Assembly (NCBI GenBank): GCA_021413885.1
Contig: JAIOPM010000013.1
Span: 1-64,000 of the forward strand
Length of the DNA: 64,000 nt
Reading direction: 5' to 3'
Source: Planctomycetota bacterium
GTDB lineage: Bacteria > Planctomycetota > UBA1135 > GCA-002686595
Part shown: positions 44,493 through 54,464 of the stretch, piece after piece
Numbering within the stretch: the stretch's first letter is position 1
How the letters are laid out: the number at the start of each line of letters is the position of its first letter
Made by a program: the position numbers and the translations under genes
The notes under the pieces: generated by a model
The model's input: only the letters and a program-made list of their open reading frames with translations
What the model was told of the DNA's origin: nothing
The model's database searches: none

Positions 44493-45437
44493 ATGCGCAT
44501 TGCCTCCCTGTTGCCGTCGGCCACCGAGATCGTCTGCGCCGTCGGCGGCCGCGACGAGCTCGTCGGCGTGTCGCACGAGTGTGACTACCCCGCCGGCGTC
44601 GAGCGCCTGCCGATCCTGACCCGGCCGCGCGTCGCGCTGCCGCGCGCGAGCGGTGCGATCGACCGGACGGTGCGCGATATCCTCGGCGACGCTCTTGCGG
44701 TGTACGAGATCGAGATCGAGCGTCTGCGCGCCGCTGCGCCCGACGTCATCGTCACGCAGGATCTGTGCGACGTGTGCGCCGTTTCGATCGACGACGTGCG
44801 CCGCGCTCTGGCCGAGTTGGCACGCGAGAACGTGACCGTGGTCAGTTGCAAGCCTCTGCGTCTCGCCAATGTCTGGGACGACGTGCGCCGCGTCGGCCGT
44901 GCGGTCGGTCGCGCCGAGCAGGGGCTCGAAGCCGCCGCCGAACTCGAACGCCGCGTCGCCGCGATCGGCGCGCGCGCTTCGAAGGCGAAGCGTCGGCCGA
45001 GCGTGTTGACGATTGAGTGGCTCGACCCGGTGATGATCGGTGGGACATGGATGCCGGAGCTGGTCGAACTCGCCGGCGGTCGCGCGTTGGTCACCGTCGC
45101 CGGGCAACATGCGCCGACCCTCGGCCTCTCGGAGTTATCCGCGCTCGAGCCCGACGTCGTCCTGATCAAGCCGTGCGGCTTCGATCTCGCGCGCACGACG
45201 CAGGAGCTGGAGCTCCTGCGCGCCCAACTCCCGTGGACGAAGTGGAGCGCCGTCGCGGCCGGTCGAGTGTGGCTCGCCGACGGCAACGCGTTCTTCAATC
45301 GGCCGGGGCCGCGCCTCGTCGAATCCCTCGAGATCCTCGCGGCGTGTTGCCAGCCCGACGAGTTCGCCGAGTTTCGTGCGCGCCACGCGCCGTCTGTGCG
45401 ACGCGTGCGGCCCGATCTCGCGCTCGAAGCGGTCTAG
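44493..45437 (+). CDS. ABC-transporter periplasmic binding protein, cobalamin/Fe-siderophore (BtuF-like) family
   Basis: ..IASLLPSATEIVCAVGGRDELVGVSHECDYP.., ..VIVTQD.. pattern of class III substrate-binding proteins. Start at ATG 44493 within track ORF 44397. Confidence 0.65.
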   Translation: MRIASLLPSATEIVCAVGGRDELVGVSHECDYPAGVERLPILTRPRVALPRASGAIDRTVRDILGDALAVYEIEIERLRAAAPDVIVTQDLCDVCAVSIDDVRRALAELARENVTVVSCKPLRLANVWDDVRRVGRAVGRAEQGLEAAAELERRVAAIGARASKAKRRPSVLTIEWLDPVMIGGTWMPELVELAGGRALVTVAGQHAPTLGLSELSALEPDVVLIKPCGFDLARTTQELELLRAQLPWTKWSAVAAGRVWLADGNAFFNRPGPRLVESLEILAACCQPDEFAEFRARHAPSVRRVRPDLALEAV

Positions 45438-45484
45438 GTGTCCGGCCACCGCCTTTCCGTCCGACGTCCGTTCCTCAGTCGAAC

Positions 45485-47026
45485 ATGCGAGCGAAGGCGT
45501 TGATGGTCCTCGGCACGGCGTCGTCGGTCGGCAAGTCGCTGACCGTCGCCGCGTTGTGTCGGATCTTGAAGCAGGACGGGTACGACGTCGCGCCGTTCAA
45601 GGCGCAGAACATGGCGCTCAACTCGTTCGCCACGCGCGAGGGCCACGAGATCGGCCGCGCGCAGGCGATGCAGGCGCAGGCGGCCGGCGTCGAGCCCCAC
45701 GTCGACATGAACCCGATCCTGCTCAAGCCGACCTCCGACGTCGGCTCGCAGGTGATCTTGAACGGCGTCGCGGTCGGCAATCACCACGCGGTCGAGTACT
45801 TCGGACACATGCCGCGTTGGCGCGACGAGGTCGTGCGGGCATACGAGCGCCTGGCGTCGCGCCACCAAGTCGTCGTGCTCGAAGGCGCGGGCTCGCCGGT
45901 CGAGATGAACTTGAAGGATCGCGACGTCGTCAACCTGAGCATGGCCGAGGCCGCGGATGCCGCGTGCCTGCTCGTCGCCGACATCGATCGCGGCGGCGTG
46001 TTCGCGTCGTTGGTCGGGACGTTCGCGTTGCTCGAGCCGACCGAGCGCGCGCGGTTCGGCGGATTCCTGGTCAACAAGTTCCGCGGCGATGTCGGGCTCT
46101 TCAGCGACGGCGTCGTCGATCTCGAGCGGCGTCTGTCGCAGCCCTGCCTCGGGGTGATCCGCTACCTGCACGATCACGGGGTCGACGACGAGGATGGGCT
46201 CTCGCTCGAACGCCGCGCGGTCAGGCCGCGAAGCGGGATGTCGGACGACCTGCGGGTCTGCGTCGTTGCGCTGCCTTACCTCGCGAACTTCACCGACTTC
46301 ACCGCGCTCGAGCAGCAGCCGGGCGTCGTCGTCTACTACGCCCGCGAGCCGAGCGAGGCCGATCGCGCCGATGTTCTGATCGTCCCCGGCAGCAAGAACA
46401 CGATCCCCGATCTCGTGTGGGTCGAGCGCACCGGATGGGGGACGCGAGTTCGCGCGCACGCGGCGGCGCGTCGGCCGCTGCTCGGGATCTGCGGCGGTTT
46501 CCAGATGCTCGGGCGCGCCGTGCGCGATCCCCATCGGACCGAGAGCGAACGCGAGGCCGTCGAGGGGCTCGGCCTGCTCGACGTTTCCACCGTGATGACG
46601 CGCGAGAAGGTGACGCGGCAAGCGACCGCGCGACTCGTCGATCGCGCACGTCTCGGCGCCGCGAGCGCGGACCCTGAGTTCGCAGGCTACGAGATCCATC
46701 TCGGCACGACGACGCGTGCCAAAGGCGTCGCGCCGTTCTTCCACCTCGTGCGCGCAGGCGAACGCGAGCCGCGGCTGGACGGCGCCGTCGACGCGGACGG
46801 CTTGGTGATGGGGACGTATCTGCACGGACTCTTCGACTCCGCCGCGGGGCTCCGAGTCTTGCTCGCGCATTGGCGCAGGCTGTGCGGCAAGGCACACGCC
46901 GACGGGCCGATCGTCGACCCGCTGGTCGAGCGCGAGCGACGCTACGACGCTCTCGCCGCCCACTACCGGCGCGATCTGCGGATGGATCTCGTCTACCGGA
47001 TGCTCGGTATCGAGCCTCGCAAGTAG
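45485..47026 (+). CDS. cobQ: Cobyric acid synthase CobQ
   Basis: ..LMVLGTASSVGKS.. P-loop, ..DVVVLEGAGSPVE.., and a C-terminal glutamine amidotransferase domain (..LLGICGGFQMLG..). Start at ATG 45485 within track ORF 45017. Confidence 0.85.
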   Translation: MRAKALMVLGTASSVGKSLTVAALCRILKQDGYDVAPFKAQNMALNSFATREGHEIGRAQAMQAQAAGVEPHVDMNPILLKPTSDVGSQVILNGVAVGNHHAVEYFGHMPRWRDEVVRAYERLASRHQVVVLEGAGSPVEMNLKDRDVVNLSMAEAADAACLLVADIDRGGVFASLVGTFALLEPTERARFGGFLVNKFRGDVGLFSDGVVDLERRLSQPCLGVIRYLHDHGVDDEDGLSLERRAVRPRSGMSDDLRVCVVALPYLANFTDFTALEQQPGVVVYYAREPSEADRADVLIVPGSKNTIPDLVWVERTGWGTRVRAHAAARRPLLGICGGFQMLGRAVRDPHRTESEREAVEGLGLLDVSTVMTREKVTRQATARLVDRARLGAASADPEFAGYEIHLGTTTRAKGVAPFFHLVRAGEREPRLDGAVDADGLVMGTYLHGLFDSAAGLRVLLAHWRRLCGKAHADGPIVDPLVERERRYDALAAHYRRDLRMDLVYRMLGIEPRK

Positions 47027-47109
47027 CACGTCGCGCGCGAATTCATGAACGGCACACCTCCCCAACGCGTGCGCTCGGCGGCATCCTTGGGAAGCGACGA
47101 AGAGTATCG

Positions 47110-47670
47110 ATGAGGCACACACGCGTACCCCAAGAGACGTCGAAGCCGTCGCTCGGTTTCACTCTGGTCACCAGCGCGATCGGAACGTTGGGCATCGCGT
47201 GGAGCGCAAGCGGCTTGGTCGCGGTCCAACTGCCGGAAGCGAACTCGGCGGCCACCGAAGCGAGACTGCTCTCCCGAGCTCCCGGCGCGGTGCGTGCTCG
47301 TCCGCCGGAGCGCGTGCTCGCCGACATCGAACGCGTCCTCGCGCATCTATCGGGGGAACTCGACGACCTCGCGGCCGTGCGCGTCGATCTCGAACGCGTG
47401 CCGGACTTCGCGCGCACCGTCTATGCGGCCCTGCGCAAAGTTGGGCCGGGGCGAACGACGAGCTACGGCGCGCTCGCCAAGGCCGCCGGTTCACCGAAGG
47501 CCGCGCGCGCGGTCGGCGTCGCGATGGCGAAGAATCCGTTGCCGATCGTCGTGCCGTGTCACCGCGTGCTCGCGGCGGGAGCGAAGCGCGGCGGATTCAC
47601 CGCGCACGGCGGGCTCGCGACCAAGGCGCGGATCCTCGCGATCGAGGGCGTCGAGCTCGCGGCGAAGTGA
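47110..47670 (+). CDS. ogt: Methylated-DNA--protein-cysteine methyltransferase (Ogt/MGMT)
   Basis: ..TTSYGALAKAAGSPKAARAVGVAMAKNPLPIVVPCHRVL.. has the PCHRV active site. Start at ATG 47110 within track ORF 46870. Confidence 0.85.
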   Translation: MRHTRVPQETSKPSLGFTLVTSAIGTLGIAWSASGLVAVQLPEANSAATEARLLSRAPGAVRARPPERVLADIERVLAHLSGELDDLAAVRVDLERVPDFARTVYAALRKVGPGRTTSYGALAKAAGSPKAARAVGVAMAKNPLPIVVPCHRVLAAGAKRGGFTAHGGLATKARILAIEGVELAAK

Positions 47671-47722
47671 TCGCGCGAAGTAACCCGCAACCGAAGGCGC
47701 GGACGCGCGTCTTTGCAGGTGG

Positions 47723-49291
47723 ATGGGAAAGCTCTCGCATTTCGGCGCCGCCTGCGCGGCGGTCGTGCTGTCGATGTCGGCGCCGATCGCACCAGCCGCA
47801 CCGGTCGCATCAGGACGCTCGGGCGACGGTCCGCTCGAGGCGTTGTCGCGCGATCTGACCGCGCGCCATCCGAAATCGCGGCGTGGCGCGGTGCGCGCGC
47901 TCGCGGAAATCGGCGGACTCGAGGCCTGGCGCTTGGTCGCCGCGGCCCTCGACGATCCCGAGTCCGAGGTCGCGGACGAGGCGCAGCTTCGCCTGGCCGG
48001 TGTCGTCGACGGGCGCGCCGTCGACGAACTCCTCGGCGCGCGCGGGCTCGACTCGAAGAGCGAGAACGTGCGGGTGCGGGTCGCCGAGGCGCTCGGACGG
48101 ATGGTCGGGCCGATCGACGCACGCGAGTTGGCTCGGGCGATCGGCTCGCGCGACGGCGAGGTGACGCGCTACGCGATGTGGTCGGTGGAACGACTGGCGG
48201 CGCGTTCGTTGCTCGGCGGCGAGCGCACGACGCTGGTGTCGAAGGTGGAGTCGCTCGCGCGCTCCGCGTCCGACGCGGGGACACGCGCGGCGGCGCTGTG
48301 CGCGTTGGCGGAACTGGACCGGACTCGCGCGCTCGCCGCGTGCGCGTCGGCGAGCGACGCGCGGGCCGCCGAGGTGCGTTGCGCGGCGCTGGTGGTCGGC
48401 ATGCGCGCGCCCGACACCGCGGCGCGCGCGAGGCTGCACGAGCTCGCCGCCGATCCGAGCGTCGGCGTGCGTTGTCAGGCGGTGCTCGCACTCGAAGCGG
48501 CCGCGGACCGCGCCGCGGTCGGCGACCTGGTCGAGCTGCTCGCGCGCGAGCCGCGCCTGCGCGTCGCCGATCGCGCGACGTCGGCGTTGCAGCGTCTCTC
48601 CGGCCTCAAGCATCGCCGCGACGCGCGACCGTGGCGCGATTGGTTGGCGCAGCTCCCCGAGGACTGGCATCCGACGCCTGCGCGCGCGCCGAGCGAGGCC
48701 GACGGGATGACGACGCGGGCGGCCGCGGACTTTGCGGGACTCTCGATCCTGTCGGATCGGCTCGCGTTCCTGGTCGACTTCTCGGGCTCGATGTGGCATC
48801 CGCGCGACGACGGGCGGTCGGTCAAGGCGGTGGTCGATCAGCGGCTCGCGGTCGGACTCGAGGCGTTGGGCGCCGATGCGCGCTTCAACCTGATCCCGTT
48901 CGCGAACGATCCAGTGCCGTGGGAGTCGGCGCTGGTCGACGCGAAGCCGGCGCAGAAACGTCGAGCACTCGAGTTCTTCATCGGCTGCCGCAAGCAAGGC
49001 CGCGGGAATCTCTACGCCGCCGTGCGGACGGCGCTCGAGGATCCGGAGGTCGACACGTTGATGGTGTGGAGCGACGGAGTTCCGACCGGCGGCTTCCACT
49101 CGAACCTGGAGCTCGTGGTTCCTCTGCTGCTGGAGAAGAACCGCTTCCGCAACGTCGCGTTCGATCTAATCCTGGTCGACGCTCCGAGCGGCAGCGCGCG
49201 GCGACTCCAAGAACTCGCGCGCCGGAGCGGCGGACGGGCGTTGTCGACCAGCCTCGACGAACTCGCGTCGGTCAGCGGGAAGGGCGGATGA
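47723..49291 (+). CDS. Secreted HEAT-repeat plus von Willebrand factor A (VWA) domain protein
   Basis: Signal MGKLSHFGAACAAVVLSMSAPIAPAAP. N-terminal HEAT/PBS-lyase-like repeats (..RRGAVRALAEIGG..). C-terminal VWA-like (..LAFLVDFSGSMW..). Confidence 0.65.
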   Translation: MGKLSHFGAACAAVVLSMSAPIAPAAPVASGRSGDGPLEALSRDLTARHPKSRRGAVRALAEIGGLEAWRLVAAALDDPESEVADEAQLRLAGVVDGRAVDELLGARGLDSKSENVRVRVAEALGRMVGPIDARELARAIGSRDGEVTRYAMWSVERLAARSLLGGERTTLVSKVESLARSASDAGTRAAALCALAELDRTRALAACASASDARAAEVRCAALVVGMRAPDTAARARLHELAADPSVGVRCQAVLALEAAADRAAVGDLVELLAREPRLRVADRATSALQRLSGLKHRRDARPWRDWLAQLPEDWHPTPARAPSEADGMTTRAAADFAGLSILSDRLAFLVDFSGSMWHPRDDGRSVKAVVDQRLAVGLEALGADARFNLIPFANDPVPWESALVDAKPAQKRRALEFFIGCRKQGRGNLYAAVRTALEDPEVDTLMVWSDGVPTGGFHSNLELVVPLLLEKNRFRNVAFDLILVDAPSGSARRLQELARRSGGRALSTSLDELASVSGKGG

Positions 49292-50843
49292 ACTTGACGA
49301 ACTGGAACCGGCCGAAGCGGCTGCGCAAGAAACCGACGCGATCGATCGCGCCGACGAGGTTGCTCAGGACGCCGACGAGGGACTTGGCGCGTTTGCCGAA
49401 GTTGCGGACGCGGAACTCGATCTCCTCGGGCTGCGGCGCGGCCTGCAGTCCGAAACGTTCGACGGCGCGGAGCCCGGCCTCCGACGCAAGCGCGTCGACG
49501 TCGGTGGGCGACAGTGACTCGAACGGCCCGATGTTCGGATCGGGCGACAGCACGTACTCGACGCCGCGCGGCCCGCCGCGCCGCGCGCGCAGCTTCTCGG
49601 TCCAATCGTGGAACGAGCGGCGGTTGACGAATCCGACGACGACGGAGCCGCCGGGCTTCACCCAACGCGCGAGTGCTCGGAACAGCGCCGGCCGATCGCG
49701 CGGCGCGAGGTTCTCGGTGCGGAAGAGGCACGTCACCAAGTCGTAGGTCTCGGGCGTGGGCTCCCCTTGTCCGTGCGCCGACTCAGGGGAAGGCCAGAGG
49801 AAAGTCCCGGCGCGCGGCACCGTGCGGTCGGCGATGAAATCGCCGACGTCCTGGGTCCGTTCGACGGCGTCGAAGCGCCAGCCGCGGCGCTCGCGGCTCA
49901 TGCGCTCGGTCAGGATGCCGGTGCACGGCAGGACGTCGAGCCAACGCAACGCGCGCTCGGCGCCGGCCGCGGGCTCGTCGCGCCCTTCCTTCACGAAACG
50001 CTCGAGCATCGCCAGCAACGCGCGCGTCTCCCACGGCCGCGGCTTGTTGTGGCGCAGCCCGTTCAACACGCGAGCGCGCTGGTAGGCGGCGAGATCCTCC
50101 CTCGACCAGTTCGTCGGATCGGTCGACGACGGGATCGGCTTGCCCGTGTAGTGGTTGTAGTGCGCGACGACCGAGAGCGGTCGACGCTTCGGACCGGCCT
50201 TCGCGGCGAACTTCGGGTAACCGAGCGCGATCACCGCGATCACCAAGCGGTCGTACGGCAGGCCGACGATCTCGCGCACCTTCTCGCGATCGCCCATCTG
50301 CGTGATCCAGAACGTTCCGAGCCCGAGCACGTGGGCGGCGAGCGACATGTTCTGGATCAGCGCGCTCGCGGACTGGACGTTCGCCCAGCCTTCCTCGGAG
50401 AAGTCGCGGCCGTACGAGACGACGATGTTCACCGGCGCGTTGCCCATCTGGGCGGAGAGCGCCGCGAGCTTCCCGTTGACGCCCGCGTCGTCGACGGCGA
50501 CGAGATCCCACATCTGATAGTTGCAGGACGACGGCGCCCAGATGCCGGCGTGCATCACTTGGTCGACGAGCTCGCGCGGCACGGCGTCGCCCTTGAACTT
50601 GCGGACCGAGCGGCGGCTGTAAAGCGCCTCCCAGAAATCCATCGCGGGCGTCGGGCCGACCGGGCGGCCGACGTCGTAGTCCTTGGCGGCGGACGACAGG
50701 TGCGGCGAGCCGACCGGGACCGCGGGGATGCCTCCGGCGTTCGAGAACTCGGCCGCGCGTTCGGGTGCGCCGCTCGGCCGCTCGCTCTCGAGCGGTTGCG
50801 GCACGACGGTCTTCGAGCGCGGCGCGTCCATGGGGTCGGTCAT
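49272..50843 (-). CDS. Nitroreductase-family domain fused to a SAM-dependent methyltransferase domain
   Basis: N-terminal ..LYSRRSVRKF..WAPSSCNYQMW.. (nitroreductase). C-terminal ..VKPGGSVVVGF.. (class I methyltransferase). The start is uncertain: ATG 50843 chosen, alternative at 50642 (MDFWEALY). The 3' end overlaps the VWA gene by 20 nt, convergently. Confidence 0.5.
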   Translation of the reverse strand: MTDPMDAPRSKTVVPQPLESERPSGAPERAAEFSNAGGIPAVPVGSPHLSSAAKDYDVGRPVGPTPAMDFWEALYSRRSVRKFKGDAVPRELVDQVMHAGIWAPSSCNYQMWDLVAVDDAGVNGKLAALSAQMGNAPVNIVVSYGRDFSEEGWANVQSASALIQNMSLAAHVLGLGTFWITQMGDREKVREIVGLPYDRLVIAVIALGYPKFAAKAGPKRRPLSVVAHYNHYTGKPIPSSTDPTNWSREDLAAYQRARVLNGLRHNKPRPWETRALLAMLERFVKEGRDEPAAGAERALRWLDVLPCTGILTERMSRERRGWRFDAVERTQDVGDFIADRTVPRAGTFLWPSPESAHGQGEPTPETYDLVTCLFRTENLAPRDRPALFRALARWVKPGGSVVVGFVNRRSFHDWTEKLRARRGGPRGVEYVLSPDPNIGPFESLSPTDVDALASEAGLRAVERFGLQAAPQPEEIEFRVRNFGKRAKSLVGVLSNLVGAIDRVGFLRSRFGRFQFVKFIRPSR

Positions 50844-50993
50844 GTTCAGTGTGCCCCATGTTCGGCCATCGAACCACCGCGACGCGAGTTGGGGGCCGTC
50901 CGCGAGGCTCCGACGCCGGTCGGGAAGGGCCGGAGGACTCGACTCGCGGCCTCCCGCGGACCGGCGCGGAGCTAGAGTCACCCCGGACGCACG

Positions 50994-51629
50994 ATGGACT
51001 CGAGGTCACACAGCAAGGACGTTCGCAAGCTCGAACGCGAGCTGCGTGCGAAGGGCTTCGACGACGAGCGTGTGCTCGCCGCCCTGCTCGCCGTTCCGCG
51101 CGAGCACTTCGTCCCCGACGAATCGCGCGCCGATGCGTGGCGCGACGTCGCGTTGCCGTTGCCGCACGGCCAAGCGATCTCCCAACCGTTCGTGGTCGCG
51201 ACGATGTGCGCGGCGCTCGAGCTCTCGCCCGACGCTCGAGTCCTCGAGGTCGGCGCCGGTTGGGGCTACGCGGCCGCGGTGCTCTCTCGACTCGCGCGCG
51301 AAGTGTTCTCGCTCGAGCTCGTCCCCGAACTCGCCCGCAAGGCCCGCGGGCGTCTCGCGGCGCTCGGCGTCGCGAACGTGCGCGTGCTCCAGGGCGACGG
51401 CTGGCGCGGCTGCCCGGAGTTCGCGCCGTTCGACGCGATCGTGGTCGCGGCGGCGGCGGCGACGGTTCCGGCGGAGCTGCTGCGCGATCTCGCGGTCGGA
51501 GGACGCTTGGTCTTGCCGCTCGGCGACGCCGATCAGCAACTCGTCGCGCTCACGAAGACGGCGACCGGCTTCGAACGTCGCGACCTCTTCCCGGTGTGTT
51601 TCGTACCGATGGTCCGCGACGGCGGGTGA
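50994..51629 (+). CDS. pcm: Protein-L-isoaspartate O-methyltransferase
   Basis: ..VPREHFVP.., ..GQAISQP.., ..VLEVGAGWGY.. are Pcm signatures. Confidence 0.85.
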   Translation: MDSRSHSKDVRKLERELRAKGFDDERVLAALLAVPREHFVPDESRADAWRDVALPLPHGQAISQPFVVATMCAALELSPDARVLEVGAGWGYAAAVLSRLAREVFSLELVPELARKARGRLAALGVANVRVLQGDGWRGCPEFAPFDAIVVAAAAATVPAELLRDLAVGGRLVLPLGDADQQLVALTKTATGFERRDLFPVCFVPMVRDGG

Positions 51630-51635
51630 GCGCGT

Positions 51636-54350
51636 TCAGCGCGTCTCGATGTCCCGATCGACGTCGACGGTGAACTTCGCGCTCGCCTCGACCTTGCCGT
51701 AGGTGAGCTTCACCGTGTACTCGCCGCCCGCGACGAAGCGGTCGCCGAGCCCGCCGTACTCGGTGACGAAGTCCTTGGTCGGCTTCAAGTTCCACACGAT
51801 GCGGTGGAGGCCCGGCGTGCCGGGTTCGGTCAGCTTCGCGACGGGCAGTCCGGCCGCGGTCGCGATCTCGAGCTCGAGCGCATCGCCCGTCCACTCCGCG
51901 ACCCACGTGTCGATCGTCGCGCCGCGCGGCGGATTCGCGCCGCGGAAGTGCGCGTTGCCGCCCCAGTCGGCCCAACCTTCGAGCTCGGTCCGCGCGACGG
52001 CGCGCCGCGGCGTGAAGAGGTGCACGGGCTCCGCGCGCGTCTTCGCGTCGAGGCTCGCGAGCGAGCCGATGTCGTCGACGATCCAGAGACTGCGTCCGTG
52101 CGTCGCGATCACGAGGTCGTGTTCACGCGGTTGGAGCGCGAGGTCGTCGACGGCGCAGGTCGGGAGCTCGCCGAACTCGAACCACGACGCGCCGCGGTCG
52201 AGCGAAGCGTGCAGCGCGAACTCCGAGCCGACGAACAGCAGATCGGGGTTGGTCGGATCCTCGCGCAACACGCGCAGCGGTGCGTCCGGCGGCAGGTTCG
52301 ACACGACGCTCTTCCACGTCCGACCGCGATCCTCGGTGCGCCACGCGAGCGGCGCGTAGTTGCCGGCGCGGAAGGCATTGACGACCAAGTACGCGACGTT
52401 CGCGTCGTGATGACCCGCCTCGACCCGATAGATCCATTGGCCGAGCGCTTCCTTCGGCAAGCGCGCCGTCAGGTCGGTCCAGTGTCCGCCTTCGTCCTCG
52501 GTCAGCCACAGCTTGCCGTCGTCGGTGCCGGCCCACAGCATGCCCTTCGCGAGCGGCGATTCGCACAGCGTGTAGACGACGCCGTAGGTCTCCGCTCCGC
52601 TGCCTACGGTGAGGATGCGATCGCGATCCTGCGCCGAGAGATCGGGACTGATCGCGCGCCACACTTCGCCGCGCTCGGTCAACGCGAACACGCGGTTGCC
52701 GGCGAGGTAGAGCTTGTCCGGCTCGTGTGCGCTCGGGATGAACGGCGAGTTCCAGTGGAAGCGGAAGCCGGATTGACCTTCGGCCGGCGCGGGACGCAAC
52801 GTTTTGACCGCGCCGCTCTTCAGATGGATGCGATGGATCTCGCCCGACTGCGACTCGGCGTACATCACGTCGCGATCGAGCGGATCGAAGATGCAGTAGA
52901 AGCCGTCGCCGCCGCTGAGGCTCGTCCAGTCGGAGTCGACGATGCCTTCCTTGCTGTTAGTCTCGCTCGGACCGAGCCAATTCAAGTTGTCCTGCAGTCC
53001 GCCCGCGATGCGATACGGATCGCCGTCGTCGAGCCGGATGCGATAGAACTCGCCCATCGCCGCGGTCGCGACGTGGCGCCAACCGGCGCCGCCGTTCCAG
53101 CTCTCGTACACGCCGCCGTCGGTGCCGAGCAGCAAGCGTTCGGGATGCACGGGATCGATCGCGAGCGCGTGGCAATCGGGATGGACCTTGCCGAAGCGGT
53201 CCTCGCGAAACGTCTTGCCGCCGTCCTCGGAGACGTGCAGCGCATAGCCGAGCACGTAGACGCGTTCCGCGTTCTTCGGGTCGACGCGGATCTGGCTGAA
53301 GTAGAACGGCCTCGGGCAGAGCGCGTTGACGCGCGTCCACGTCTCGCCGCCGTCATTCGAACGGAAGACGCCGCCGCGGCGCGAACGGACGTCGTCGATG
53401 TCGCTCGTGCCGCCTTCGTCGGACTGTACGACGGCGTAGAGGATCCGCGGATCGCCCGGGAAGAGCGCGAGCCCGATGCGGCCCGTCGAACCGGGGAGTC
53501 CGCCGCCGAGCTTCTTCCACGTCGCGCCGCCGTCGCTCGACTTGAACACGCCGCCGACGTCGTCGCCGGAGAAGTCGCGGCCGTACACGAACGACCACGG
53601 CGTCCGCCGTCGCGCGTAGAGCGTCGCGTAGACGTTCTCGGGCGCGCGTGGATCGACGACGACGTCGCCGCAGCCGGTGCGCGCGGCCGCCGCTCCCGGC
53701 GCCGAAAGCACGCGCGTCCACGTCTTGCCCGCGTCGGTCGTCTTGTAGAGCCCGCGCTCGCCGCCGTCGTTCCACAGATCGCCGAGCGCGGCGACGTACG
53801 CGGTGCGCGCGTCGGTCGGATGCGGCGCGACGCGGCCGATCGCCTTCGAGTGCGCGAGGCCGACGTGCGCGAAGTGCGCGCCGCCGTCGGTCGAAAGGTA
53901 GACGCCGTCGCCCCAACCGGAACTGTTGCGATCGTTGGGCTCGCCGGTGCCGACCCAGACCGTCTTCGCATCGGCCGGACAGATCGCGACGGCGCCCATC
54001 GACGAAACCGACTGGTCGTCGAGCTTCCCCGCGAACGTGGCGCCATCGTCCGACGTCTGCATCAGTCCGCCGCGTCCGAAGGCGACGTAGAAGCAGGCCG
54101 GCTCGCCCGGCACGAACGCGATGTCCGAAACCCGGCCGCCCATCAGCGCCGGTCCGATCGAACGCGCGGCGAGCGCCTTGAAGAGCCGCGGCTCGAGCGG
54201 CGTCGGCGTTGCCGCGACGGCGACCGCCGGACGTTCGTCGGTCTTCGTCGGCCGTTGCGGGTCCGTCGCCTGGGGCGCGTGAGGAGTGGGGGCGGAGCAC
54301 GCGGACATCCACGCGACGAGCACTGCGAGCATCGGTCGTTCCTTTCGCAT
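51636..54350 (-). CDS. BNR/Asp-box repeat, sortilin-Vps10-like glycoside-hydrolase-like lipoprotein
   Basis: Lipobox MRKERPMLAVLVAWMSAC. Many S-x-D-x-G-x-T-W (BNR) repeats: STDGGAHF, TTDAGKTW, SSDGGATW, SNDGGETW, SEDGGKTF, TEDRGRTW. Start at the ATG at complement of 54348-54350. Confidence 0.75.
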   Translation of the reverse strand: MRKERPMLAVLVAWMSACSAPTPHAPQATDPQRPTKTDERPAVAVAATPTPLEPRLFKALAARSIGPALMGGRVSDIAFVPGEPACFYVAFGRGGLMQTSDDGATFAGKLDDQSVSSMGAVAICPADAKTVWVGTGEPNDRNSSGWGDGVYLSTDGGAHFAHVGLAHSKAIGRVAPHPTDARTAYVAALGDLWNDGGERGLYKTTDAGKTWTRVLSAPGAAAARTGCGDVVVDPRAPENVYATLYARRRTPWSFVYGRDFSGDDVGGVFKSSDGGATWKKLGGGLPGSTGRIGLALFPGDPRILYAVVQSDEGGTSDIDDVRSRRGGVFRSNDGGETWTRVNALCPRPFYFSQIRVDPKNAERVYVLGYALHVSEDGGKTFREDRFGKVHPDCHALAIDPVHPERLLLGTDGGVYESWNGGAGWRHVATAAMGEFYRIRLDDGDPYRIAGGLQDNLNWLGPSETNSKEGIVDSDWTSLSGGDGFYCIFDPLDRDVMYAESQSGEIHRIHLKSGAVKTLRPAPAEGQSGFRFHWNSPFIPSAHEPDKLYLAGNRVFALTERGEVWRAISPDLSAQDRDRILTVGSGAETYGVVYTLCESPLAKGMLWAGTDDGKLWLTEDEGGHWTDLTARLPKEALGQWIYRVEAGHHDANVAYLVVNAFRAGNYAPLAWRTEDRGRTWKSVVSNLPPDAPLRVLREDPTNPDLLFVGSEFALHASLDRGASWFEFGELPTCAVDDLALQPREHDLVIATHGRSLWIVDDIGSLASLDAKTRAEPVHLFTPRRAVARTELEGWADWGGNAHFRGANPPRGATIDTWVAEWTGDALELEIATAAGLPVAKLTEPGTPGLHRIVWNLKPTKDFVTEYGGLGDRFVAGGEYTVKLTYGKVEASAKFTVDVDRDIETR

Positions 54351-54444
54351 AGGGGGTGCGCGGGATTCTAGCGGTGCGCGCGTCGCGAACTCCCGTGCTC
54401 GCCTTGTACGAGTTTCGAAGGCCGGGGCTTGACCATGCCTAGAG

Positions 54445-54459
54445 TTAGACATAGTCTAA
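54445..54459. promoter_or_regulatory. PerR/Fur-type operator: perfect palindrome TTAGACATAGTCTAA overlapping the perR promoter (TTGACC-N17-TAGTCT)
   Basis: Read directly, 6 nt upstream of the perR ATG. A second copy lies before ahpC. Confidence 0.6.
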
Positions 54460-54464
54460 GTCCC

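Noticed and set aside
47713-49746. 677-aa plus-strand ORF overlapping the HEAT-VWA gene in another frame
   Set aside because: Composition is Gly/Arg polymer-like (RGRGRGAASPGRCRRRARRRR). The +1 frame 47723-49291 has a signal peptide and VWA motifs.
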